In this document: piece after piece, positions 1-8,140 of the stretch
Position numbering within the stretch: position 1 is the first letter of the stretch
How the letters are laid out: the number at the start of each line of letters is the position of its first letter
Assembly: GCF_003231495.1 (NCBI RefSeq)
Contig: NZ_PQWO01000017.1
Coordinates: 1 to 32,000 of the forward strand
Source of the DNA: Acaryochloris thomasi RCC1774
GTDB lineage: Bacteria; Cyanobacteriota; Cyanobacteriia; Thermosynechococcales; Thermosynechococcaceae
DNA: 32,000 nucleotides
Direction: 5' to 3'
The notes under the pieces: generated by a model
Told to the model about the DNA's origin: nothing
The model's database searches: none
The model's input: only the letters and a program-made list of their open reading frames with translations
Made by a program: the position numbers and the translations under genes

Positions 1-1055
1 ACCGCCTGATGCGGGTCGCCGAAAAGGCCTTCTGTCTCTGTTGCGCCTTCAACCGCACTACCGCCTGCAGCGGCCACGTACCCTGCACGCAAGCTCAGAG
101 GACCGCCCCCAACGTTATAGTTGAAGCCAAAGCCCGCCCCACCGGGATCATCGACGGCATCATTGATGATCAGAGCATTGTTAATGAAAAAGCCAGAGTT
201 GAAGTCGGCACCCGGATCGTTGGCGTAGCTATTGCCATCGATAAAATCACTGGGATAGAGCTGTGGTCCAATGGTGACTGAAAGGTTCTCCACAGGGCTA
301 AATTCATAGGCAAGACGATCTAGCTCAACGCCTGGGCCAGTATCTCGATACTCGATAGCGCCGGGATTGACGGTGCCACCGGCAAGGCCACCCCCTGCGT
401 CAAAGAACTCGCCAAAGAAGTCGTTACCACCATTACCTGTCAAGAGGGTAATCTGCAGTAAGTCTTCCCCCGTGAAGCTGGTGTTGAAGGTTAATCCAAC
501 TTCTGCCAGCGCTGAAGCACGACTGCTGCCAATACCACCGTCAACGTCGGTTTGGTCACCAAACTGAATGGTTCCAATCACGGAGCCTTCGAGCTTGGTG
601 GTGGTTGAAAACTGCTGGGCTTCAACGGTATCAACGCGGGCCTCTAGGCCATCGACCCGGCCTCTTAAAGTGGCAAGCTCTGCTGCAAATTCATCCTGTA
701 GGGCTTTGACGGCATCAAGGTCGGCTTTGGAGGCGAAGCGATCGCTAATCTGGTCCAAGCAAGCATTGAGCGCTGCAGCCATCTCGTAACGAGTGGCTGA
801 GCGGTTGCCCCTAAAAGTGCCGTTGGGATAGCCTGCGATACAGCCATAGCGTTCCACTAGAGACTGCAGGGCTTGAAAAGCCCAGTCAGTGGGCTGCACA
901 TCAGATAACTGAGAGACAGAGGTCACCTGGCCAGTACTGTCTGATTCTGTTTCGGCAATCAGGTCTGAAACCGATGTGTCTGCAAATGCTGGAGCAGTCA
1001 ACGCAAGGGCACCGAAGAGGCCTAGCCCCCCGCCCAAGAAGGATCTTTTATACAT
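1..1055 (-). CDS. Outer-membrane porin with N-terminal SLH domain and OprB-type beta-barrel (5' part only; runs off the window start)
   Basis: Absent from the ORF track because no stop lies in the window. My minus-strand translation from the ATG at 1055-1053 gives MYKRSFLGGGLGLFGALALTAPAFA (signal peptide). It continues with QPTDWAFQALQSLVERYGCIAGYPNGTFRGNRSATRYEMAAALNACL (SLH motif), a coiled-coil linker (LATLRGRVDGLEARVDTVEAQQF) and Gly/aromatic-rich strands typical of cyanobacterial SLH-OprB porins. Confidence 0.8.
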   Translation of the reverse strand, partial: MYKRSFLGGGLGLFGALALTAPAFADTSVSDLIAETESDSTGQVTSVSQLSDVQPTDWAFQALQSLVERYGCIAGYPNGTFRGNRSATRYEMAAALNACLDQISDRFASKADLDAVKALQDEFAAELATLRGRVDGLEARVDTVEAQQFSTTTKLEGSVIGTIQFGDQTDVDGGIGSSRASALAEVGLTFNTSFTGEDLLQITLLTGNGGNDFFGEFFDAGGGLAGGTVNPGAIEYRDTGPGVELDRLAYEFSPVENLSVTIGPQLYPSDFIDGNSYANDPGADFNSGFFINNALIINDAVDDPGGAGFGFNYNVGGGPLSLRAGYVAAAGGSAVEGATETEGLFGDPHQA

Positions 1056-1142
1056 AGTTATGGCTCCACAACACCAAAATATACAAAGCAAGATGGGTCA
1101 CTGCATAAATATCTGTAGACAGAGAAGACACCTCAGATTAGT

Positions 1143-1161
1143 AACGATAATCGTTCTCATT
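1143..1161. promoter_or_regulatory. Zur-box-like operator (AACGATAATCGTTCTCATT) upstream of the porin gene
   Basis: Close variant of the palindrome repeated at 5142, 14816, 21396 and 27691. It lies 88 nt upstream of the porin ATG. A TTGACA hexamer on the minus strand (plus coords 1168-1173) sits just upstream of it. Confidence 0.65.
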
Positions 1162-1235
1162 TTTTCTTGTCAAGGGGCTTCACGATATTGTTTCTGGAGG
1201 TATTCATGTTTGAAGCCTTGATGAGAGGGTGATCT

Positions 1236-2072
1236 TTAAGAACTTCTTGACAGCCTAGGGTAAATCATAGCGCCCAAAAAGAGTCCCAGTTGAGCCATCA
1301 CAATGCTCGGCCCTGACGGTAAATTCATGGTCGCCGATAGTCCCATCCCCACCACAGCACTGATGGCCCCTAAGCTTGCTGATAGCACTACATGGTGGCT
1401 AAACCGCCGAGATAATAACTGGGATGCACAGGCTGGAATCACCACAAAGGCACTAATCAGCAGGACTCCAATGGCCTTAATGGCAATCCCCACGACCAAG
1501 GCCAGCAGCACAATAAAAGTGGTGCGATGGAATGAGACCGAAACGCCCCTTGCGATCGCAAATGGCTCATGCAACGTGATCAGCATTTGAGTCCGCAATG
1601 TGAGGCCAATAAATAAGGTGCAGGCTAGCAGTAAAACAGCGCTGAAGATCAAATCCGATTCTCGGACGGCCAAGATATCGCCAAACAGAAGCTGATGGAG
1701 CCCGCCTTTATAGGTGTCGGTGAAGCTGAGGACAATGACTGCGATCGCTAACGATGATGAATAGATAATGTTGAGCAACGCATCAGTCCATAGCTGGGTG
1801 CGCTCTAGTAGGTAAGTCACGCCCAGGGCAAACACCACCGCGAAGGGCAGCAAAACCGCCGTGGGGTTCCAGCCCAGAAGGACGGCAAAACTGAGGCCCA
1901 GCAGCGCAGAGTGCCCCAGAGCATCACTAAAGAAAGAGAGCTGACGCAGAATCGTAAAGCTCCCCAACATTCCACCCGCCAGCCCAGTAAGGACGCCGCT
2001 CAATACTGCCCGCTGCATAAACGGGAGCTGAAAGAGATCGGCAATTCGGACTATTTCACTAGCAAATGACAT
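1236..2072 (-). CDS. znuB: Zinc ABC transporter permease (ABC-3 family, ZnuB-like)
   Basis: Polytopic hydrophobic protein (MSFASEIVRIADLFQLPFMQRAVLSGVLTGLAGGMLGSF...) typical of ZnuB/TroC permeases. It is the last gene of the hemB-znuA-znuC-znuB string. I place the start at the ATG at 2072 (M35 of the track ORF) because the longer ORF would overlap znuC. Confidence 0.85.
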   Translation of the reverse strand: MSFASEIVRIADLFQLPFMQRAVLSGVLTGLAGGMLGSFTILRQLSFFSDALGHSALLGLSFAVLLGWNPTAVLLPFAVVFALGVTYLLERTQLWTDALLNIIYSSSLAIAVIVLSFTDTYKGGLHQLLFGDILAVRESDLIFSAVLLLACTLFIGLTLRTQMLITLHEPFAIARGVSVSFHRTTFIVLLALVVGIAIKAIGVLLISAFVVIPACASQLLSRRFSHHVVLSASLGAISAVVGMGLSATMNLPSGPSIVMAQLGLFLGAMIYPRLSRSS

Positions 2073-2106
2073 AGCGTTTGACGTGAGAAAACATGAGGCA
2101 ACAATC

Positions 2107-2892
2107 TTAATGCAATGTAGAGTCTGACATACAGGAATGATGGTACCGGGCGAACTCTGGCCCATATACGGCACTTAAGCTGTCGCGAGAGAGGGCAACA
2201 TCCGGCATTCCCTCACAGCGGAGGGTGCGATTCAGACACAGCACATGATCACACTGACGCTGCACCATATTGAGATCGTGAGAAACCTGCATAATGGCCC
2301 ATCCCTGCGTCTGCTTGAGCTGCTCCAGTAGCTGATAGAACTCTGCTTCGCCCCGCACATCTAAGCCTGCTGGCGCTTCATCTAAAACCAGCAGGCGGCG
2401 GGGCCGCACCAAGCAATAGGCCAGTAAAACACGCTTGGTTTCTCCCCCCGAAAGGCTGCTTACCCGTTTGTTTCTTAAGTGCAGGGCTTCGACTTGAGCC
2501 AGCGCTTGACGAACGGCCACCTGCCGTTCCCGCCGCCCTGCCCAAGGCCACTGGAAGCCCAGCGCGTGCCAGCCTAATCCCACCATTTCATCCACCGTCA
2601 TCGGAATGCGGCGATCGAAGATAAAGTTCTGAGGCAGGTAGGCGATCTGCTCTCGCACCCGGGCAGGCAGTACCCCTTTGGGACTGAGGCGATGGCCCAG
2701 TATTTCCACTTCACCACTGTGACAAGGCAGAATGCCCAACATTGCCTGAATCAATGTGCTTTTACCGGCCCCATTGGGACCGACAATCGCAACATTCGTC
2801 CCGGCCTGCACCGAAAATGAGACCTGTTCGACGGCAATATGGGTGTTGCGGGCCACCGTCAAGCCCGAGACCCGCACAATGAAATCTTGCAA
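2107..2892 (-). CDS. znuC: Zinc ABC transporter ATP-binding protein (ZnuC-like)
   Basis: Walker A GPNGAGKST, ABC signature LSGGETKR and Walker B LLVLDEA are present. The track ORF (to 2991) overlaps znuA. A TTG at 2892, preceded by AGGAGA, gives MQDFIVRVSGLTV and starts just after the znuA stop. The start codon remains uncertain. Confidence 0.85.
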   Translation of the reverse strand: MQDFIVRVSGLTVARNTHIAVEQVSFSVQAGTNVAIVGPNGAGKSTLIQAMLGILPCHSGEVEILGHRLSPKGVLPARVREQIAYLPQNFIFDRRIPMTVDEMVGLGWHALGFQWPWAGRRERQVAVRQALAQVEALHLRNKRVSSLSGGETKRVLLAYCLVRPRRLLVLDEAPAGLDVRGEAEFYQLLEQLKQTQGWAIMQVSHDLNMVQRQCDHVLCLNRTLRCEGMPDVALSRDSLSAVYGPEFARYHHSCMSDSTLH

Positions 2893-2902
2893 GCTGAATC
2901 TC

Positions 2903-4066
2903 CTAGAAATTGACCTGCACAAACTGAGGCAAGGTAGCAACAGTCCGCTGCCGGGATGGAGCCGGAACCCAAGACTGGGCTTGACCGCCAAAGGCCGCTG
3001 TTAAGTTTTTGAGATTCTCTCGCATCGCTGTTAAATAGTAGTCTGCTTCCAATGCCTCTGGACCACCAGATTCCAACGGATCAAAGGTGCCCACTTTCAC
3101 ATTGAGATCCTTCGCTAGGGCTTCGAAGGGGCTACCCGTGGCCTGGGGTTCTGATAGTAGCGTATTCAGGTTAGAGTCTTTGGCTGCCTTTAAAACCCGC
3201 TGCACGTCTTCTGGTTTGGCATTTTCTGCCGGGATGCCTACTAGGTACTCTACTTTCAAGCCGTAGCTGCCCGCAAAGTAGTCAGCAAAATCATGATAGG
3301 TGACGAAGGTTTTCCCGGCATAGGGCTTAAGCTGCTCGGTAAACTCAGCATCAAGATTTTTCAGCTCTTCGATATAGGCCGTCGCGTTGGCTTCATAGGT
3401 GGACTGGCCCTCGGGGTCAGCGGCTATCAATCCATCCCGAATATTCTCGACCTGCTGGATTACCCGTTTGGGATCAAGCCAGATGTGGGGATTGTTTTCG
3501 CCGTGGTCGTGTTCGGCGTGCTCCTCACCTTCAGCATGTTCTTCGTCTTCGGCATGCTCCTCACCTTCAGCGTGTTCTTCGCCTTCAGCATGTTCTTCGC
3601 CGTGGTCGTGTTTGCCTTCAGCGTGTTCTTCGCCTTTATGCTCCTCTTCTTCATTGGGGATTACGGTAATGCCTTGGCTCGAATCAATCACGGCTAGCTT
3701 GTCATTGCCCGCGTTTTTGACCATGTCTTCTAGAAATGCCTCCATCTCTAGGCCGTTTTCTATTAGCACATCGGCGGTGGTCAGCTTCTGTACATCTGCG
3801 GGTTTAGCTTGAAAGTCATGGGGGCCAACATTGTTGGGTAAAAGCTGGGTGACTTGGGCGCGATCGCCCGCTACTGCTTTCGTAAAATTCGTAATCGGTA
3901 CAAAGGTGGTCATTACCTGCAGCTTCTCGCCCCCTTGCGCCGCATTTGATTCTCCCGAAGGCGTCGAAGCACAACTGCCTAAGCCCACAGCCAGAGCTGA
4001 GATAAAGGCTACAGAGAGTCGAGCCGTAGATTGAGACTGATGAAAGAGAAAATGACTAAATTTCAT
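2903..4066 (-). CDS. znuA: Periplasmic zinc-binding lipoprotein of ABC transporter (ZnuA, cluster-9/TroA-like) with a long His/Glu-rich loop
   Basis: Signal peptide plus lipobox (ALAVGLGSCAS) and a TroA-like fold sequence (VMTTFVPITNFTKAV...NPHIWLDP...TYHDFADYF). A His/Glu-rich loop spans aa 139-194. Genetic linkage to znuC/znuB and the Zur box at 5142 support the call. Confidence 0.9.
   Translation of the reverse strand: MKFSHFLFHQSQSTARLSVAFISALAVGLGSCASTPSGESNAAQGGEKLQVMTTFVPITNFTKAVAGDRAQVTQLLPNNVGPHDFQAKPADVQKLTTADVLIENGLEMEAFLEDMVKNAGNDKLAVIDSSQGITVIPNEEEEHKGEEHAEGKHDHGEEHAEGEEHAEGEEHAEDEEHAEGEEHAEHDHGENNPHIWLDPKRVIQQVENIRDGLIAADPEGQSTYEANATAYIEELKNLDAEFTEQLKPYAGKTFVTYHDFADYFAGSYGLKVEYLVGIPAENAKPEDVQRVLKAAKDSNLNTLLSEPQATGSPFEALAKDLNVKVGTFDPLESGGPEALEADYYLTAMRENLKNLTAAFGGQAQSWVPAPSRQRTVATLPQFVQVNF
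3485..3652 (-). repeat. In-frame tandem 18-bp repeats (gaagaacatgctgaaggc = EEHAEG) building the ZnuA His-rich loop
   Basis: Protein reads EEEHKGEEHAEGKHDHGEEHAEGEEHAEGEEHAEDEEHAEGEEHAEHDHGENNPH. The DNA shows about six near-identical 18-bp units. These units also create the spurious antisense ORFs at 3293-3812. Confidence 0.9.
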
Positions 4067-4106
4067 GACACCTGTTCGTTATGGGATAAAAAGGGTTGAA
4101 TGTGGG

Positions 4107-5219
<1,113 letters not shown>

Positions 5220-5460
5220 TCAGCACTAACGATCCTGGGAAACTTGTCTATTCTGGGATAGTTATTAGATCCAGCCCCAGACAGTTTCTTGCCCCTTTCT
5301 GATAACGCTCAGATCAAGCTGTATCAAGGGGCGAACCTTTACCCATTTTGTCGAGCCTGGAATTGGCATTGTCCACAATCAATATTTTTAGCTGGCTTCC
5401 GTTGGTGATGTAAAAGGTGGCCGCGAGAAGAGAAAGCAGATCCATACTACTGATTTACTT

Positions 5461-6039
5461 TTAAGCCGCTGAGGTGAGTGCGAGGCCGCGATAGATTTGC
5501 TCGATCGCAAGGCTGAGGTCAATGCTTCGGAGTTCGATGGTGTCGCCTGCCTTGTAGTTGAGAATGATCCATTCGCCCGAGTCATTTTTGCGATACAGGT
5601 CAATTTCGATTTTGGTGGAGCTAACGAGTAGATAGTCTCGAAGAGCGGGGTTTTGGCGATACATCCTAAATTTGCCGCCGCGATCGTAGGCTTCGGTACT
5701 GTCGGACAGAACTTCAACAATGAGGCAGGGATAGGTAATGTATTGGATTGTGGTTTTGTCGCGATCGTCACAGGTAACGCTGGCGTCAGGGTAGGTGTAG
5801 TTGCTGGTTTCGAGGATATTGATTTTGATATCAGAATTGCCAGTGATGCAGCCCGTATTTTCTAGGTGGCTGTCGAATAGGGCGGTGAATCTGATGGCGA
5901 TGCGACCATGATTTACGCTGCCGCCGCTCATGGCATAGACTTGACCGTCAATATATTCATGTTTTTCTAGCTGCTGCTCTTCCCAAGCGAAGTAGGCTTC
6001 GGGGGTCAGTGGAGAGACGTTTTCCTGAGCAGCGATCAT
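5461..6039 (-). CDS. Uma2-family (DUF820) putative restriction endonuclease-like protein
   Basis: N-terminus LTPEAYFAWEEQQLEKHEYIDGQVYAMSGGSVNHGRIA and later PDASV...PCLIVEVLSDST match the pattern of the abundant cyanobacterial Uma2/DUF820 family. Confidence 0.75.
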   Translation of the reverse strand: MIAAQENVSPLTPEAYFAWEEQQLEKHEYIDGQVYAMSGGSVNHGRIAIRFTALFDSHLENTGCITGNSDIKINILETSNYTYPDASVTCDDRDKTTIQYITYPCLIVEVLSDSTEAYDRGGKFRMYRQNPALRDYLLVSSTKIEIDLYRKNDSGEWIILNYKAGDTIELRSIDLSLAIEQIYRGLALTSAA

Positions 6040-6219
6040 GATGAGAGGGCGTTTCTGTAGGGGCGGGAATTGACCCTATTTTATCGCGGTCGGGTGATGG
6101 GATGTGCGATCGCAACTTCGCTGCATTTTGGCAATCAAACGGATATGCTCAGGGGCGCGAAAGATTACCAAAAATTCAAACAGATATTACATTAGCTGAG
6201 CGTCATTTGCAGCATAGGG

Positions 6220-6666
6220 TTAGGCATCGTTACCAAAATATTTAACCATAGGAACTGAGCTATCTAGGTTTGGATCTCCTGCCACCTTATATCCAAGCCG
6301 GGCGTAGAAAGGTAGGGCATTCGGGCTAGCGTCTAGGTTTACTGTAATTTCTCCTTGTGCCCGGATTGCGGACTCTGCATATGCCATAAGTAACGAGCCA
6401 ACACCTGAGTGAGAAGCAGAGGGAGTCACGTAGAGTCCTTTGATTGTTGCGGCCTTGACCTCGATCCAACCCACAACAACCGATTCGCACTCTGCCACCC
6501 AGACACTGTTGTGCTTGATCGCTAATGCAGCGCGATCGGAACTGGCAGAGTTTGCCCAGCGCTCGGCTGCAGCGTGTCCGAAATCATCGGCAAGACTCAT
6601 AATGGCATGCCAACGTATCGCAAGAAGCCTCTGATCATCGCTGGAGATAGCAGACCGAATGTGCAT
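6220..6666 (-). CDS. GNAT-family N-acetyltransferase
   Basis: Acetyl-CoA motif region VTPSASHSGVGSLLMAYAESAIRAQG and C-terminal FYARLGYKV. The track ORF extends to 6747, but those 27 codons lie inside the dispersed repeat, so I prefer the ATG at 6666 (MHIRSAISS). Confidence 0.75.
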   Translation of the reverse strand: MHIRSAISSDDQRLLAIRWHAIMSLADDFGHAAAERWANSASSDRAALAIKHNSVWVAECESVVVGWIEVKAATIKGLYVTPSASHSGVGSLLMAYAESAIRAQGEITVNLDASPNALPFYARLGYKVAGDPNLDSSVPMVKYFGNDA

Positions 6667-6688
6667 TAGAGGGACGTAGAAGCTGTCT

Positions 6689-6921
6689 AAACTATAACTA
6701 TACGGATAGCGGCTGATAACTCCGGTAGGAAGGGTATTATCCGCCAAAAACTAGATAACTCCGCGATCAGAGCATTATCAAGCAGAAGTCGGATAACTCC
6801 GACCCAAGAGGTACTATCCAGTCGTTTACTGTCATCAAGCCACCCTATTTGGAAATCTTGAGATTAATAAGCCCCGCCCTTCAAAGCTTTCAAGACTCCC
6901 TATCCCTATGCTCGTCAGCTC
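6689..6921 (-). repeat. Dispersed repeat family, copy A (longest): three tandem ~38-bp GATAACTCCG-N-TATTATCC hairpin units plus a ~100-bp tail with promoter-like hexamers
   Basis: Positions 6689-6747 align with 11411-11476 and 27147-27209 (core ACGGATAGCGGCTGATAACTCCG). Positions 6789-6921 align at roughly 80% by eye with 27176-27312. Sub-units lie at 6713-6745, 6751-6783 and 6788-6822. The copy ends about 22 nt upstream of the GNAT ATG. Confidence 0.8.
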
Positions 6922-6970
6922 GTAGCAGATTTCAATAAGGCAAGCCTTACCAATGGTGGTGGCCTACGTC

Positions 6971-8074
6971 TTAATTTGCCTCCCCGAGATAGCAGTGACA
7001 ATCTGGCTTCTCAATCAACGAAGCCGCCAGCCGATTAAGTACCACTGCCGCCAGCAGGCCACCGCCCAGGGCGCTTTCAGTAGTCACGTAGGGCACCGAT
7101 AACTGCATCAACCGACGCTTGGCCGCTGGCGCATGACTAAACCCAATGGGCAGACCAATGACTAAGGCAGGCCGACCCACTCCCGTCTCGATGGCTTCGC
7201 AAAGTTTCATCAAGACTGATGGCGCGTAACCCACCATCCAGATATTGCCGTCTGTCAAATCCCGCAACCGCTGGTGCCAGCCGTTATCCTGCCAGAACTG
7301 CTGTTCCGCATCGGCGGCACTGTCTATATGGGGATTGTCCAGCAGCGTGGCCCATTGACAGCCTAAATGGGTAAGACGGGGTTGGTCTAGGGCCGCAATC
7401 ACGGCAGGAACGTCCCCCACTATGGTGCAGCCTGCAGATAGAGTCTCACGGGCTGCCTTGATGGCATCGGAACTAAAGCGCACGAAAGTCGCTAGGCTTA
7501 CATCGCCGCAGGCTAACACCAGGTGAGAGAGTACGTCCACTTCAATCTCAGGACGCTGCGAAAGATCGGGCAGCAAGCGAAAGAGAGCCTCCTGGAAGTG
7601 CTCAGGATGATCTGGGACAGCGGCATCGAGCTGCTGCCAAAGATCTTCGGTAAAGGCCGTCGCGGTCTCTGTTTCAGCCGCCAACTGCCGCAACTGTGCC
7701 AGGGCTTCAGCTTGGACAGACTGGCAAGCTTGGTCGCGTCCAATAAATCCCTCTAGAGCCGTAGCAGTCTGCCGGAGCTTGATCATCTGCTGCAAAACGG
7801 TTTGATACTGCTTCTGGAGCTGGTCCAATAAGGGGTCCACCGCCATCGGCTGGGACTGAGCGACTAGCATTTGCTGGATGTGGGAGAGCTGAAACCCCTG
7901 TTGTTTAAGGGCCACAATTCGCTGGAGGCGCTGTATATCGGCTGCGCTGTAGAGGCGATAGTTGCTGTGCGATCGCATCGGCTGGGGCAGCAGTCCAATC
8001 TGGTGATAGTGCCTCACCATCCGGGGGGTCGTGCCGTGACCAACGGATTGCGTCAGTTCTTTAATAGTCAACAT
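6971..8074 (-). CDS. coaR: MerR-family cobalt-responsive regulator fused to a precorrin-8X methylmutase (CbiC/CobH)-like domain, CoaR-like
   Basis: N-terminal MerR HTH (MLTIKELTQSVGHGTTPRMVRHYHQIGLL...YRLYSAADIQRLQRIVALKQQGF). The C-terminal half is CbiC-like (GYAPSVLMKLCEAIE...LVIGLPIGFSHAPAAKRRL...GGGLLAAVVLNRL). The tail has a Cys-His-Cys (KPDCHCY) like the Synechocystis CoaR sensor motif. Start placed at the ATG at 8074; the longer ORF would cross the divergent promoter. Confidence 0.85.
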   Translation of the reverse strand: MLTIKELTQSVGHGTTPRMVRHYHQIGLLPQPMRSHSNYRLYSAADIQRLQRIVALKQQGFQLSHIQQMLVAQSQPMAVDPLLDQLQKQYQTVLQQMIKLRQTATALEGFIGRDQACQSVQAEALAQLRQLAAETETATAFTEDLWQQLDAAVPDHPEHFQEALFRLLPDLSQRPEIEVDVLSHLVLACGDVSLATFVRFSSDAIKAARETLSAGCTIVGDVPAVIAALDQPRLTHLGCQWATLLDNPHIDSAADAEQQFWQDNGWHQRLRDLTDGNIWMVGYAPSVLMKLCEAIETGVGRPALVIGLPIGFSHAPAAKRRLMQLSVPYVTTESALGGGLLAAVVLNRLAASLIEKPDCHCYLGEAN

Positions 8075-8078
8075 ACCC

Positions 8079-8110
8079 TTGACCTTAACATCAATGTCAA
8101 GGTTTACCCT
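8079..8110 (+). promoter_or_regulatory. MerR-type operator-promoter of coaT: TTGACC -35, 20-bp spacer with a dyad, TACCCT -10
   Basis: The sequence is cTTGACCTTAACATCAATGTCAAGGTTTACCCT. The dyad ACCTTnACAT-nn-ATGTnAAGGT occupies 8082-8103. The over-long spacer (8085-8104) is the hallmark of MerR-activated promoters, and the layout resembles the CueR/ZntR boxes of E. coli copA/zntA. Confidence 0.75.
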
Positions 8111-8140
8111 GAGGAAGCTGTTAATGCTAAGGCTGCCCTG

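Noticed and set aside
2073-2991. Extended starts of znuB (to 2174) and znuC (to 2991) given in the ORF track
   Set aside because: They would overlap the preceding genes by about 70-90 nt and add non-homologous leader sequence. Internal starts (ATG at 2072; TTG at 2892 with AGGAGA) fit the operon spacing. The znuC start remains uncertain.
3485-3652. Regularly spaced short repeats considered as a CRISPR array
   Set aside because: The units are contiguous 18-mers with no spacers and lie in frame inside znuA. No CRISPR-like repeat-spacer structure or cas genes exist anywhere in the window.
3293-3812. Three overlapping ORFs (3293-3697 +, 3399-3812 +, 3460-3654 -) with repetitive low-complexity translations
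   Set aside because: They lie inside or antisense to znuA and exist only because the 18-bp EEHAEG repeat is open in several frames. ZnuA has the coherent signal peptide, lipobox and TroA-like motifs.
5388-5771. A 127-aa ORF overlapping the Uma2 gene in another frame, and similar internal or antisense ORFs (for example 12424-12651, 13421-13657, 18668-18889, 19528-19839)
   Set aside because: All are nested within longer ORFs that have clear family motifs. None has motifs of its own.
6713-6822. GTA-N-TAT elements inside the repeat units considered as NtcA sites (GTA-N8-TAC)
   Set aside because: The spacing is 7 nt, not 8, and the 3' half is TAT rather than TAC. This does not support an NtcA call.
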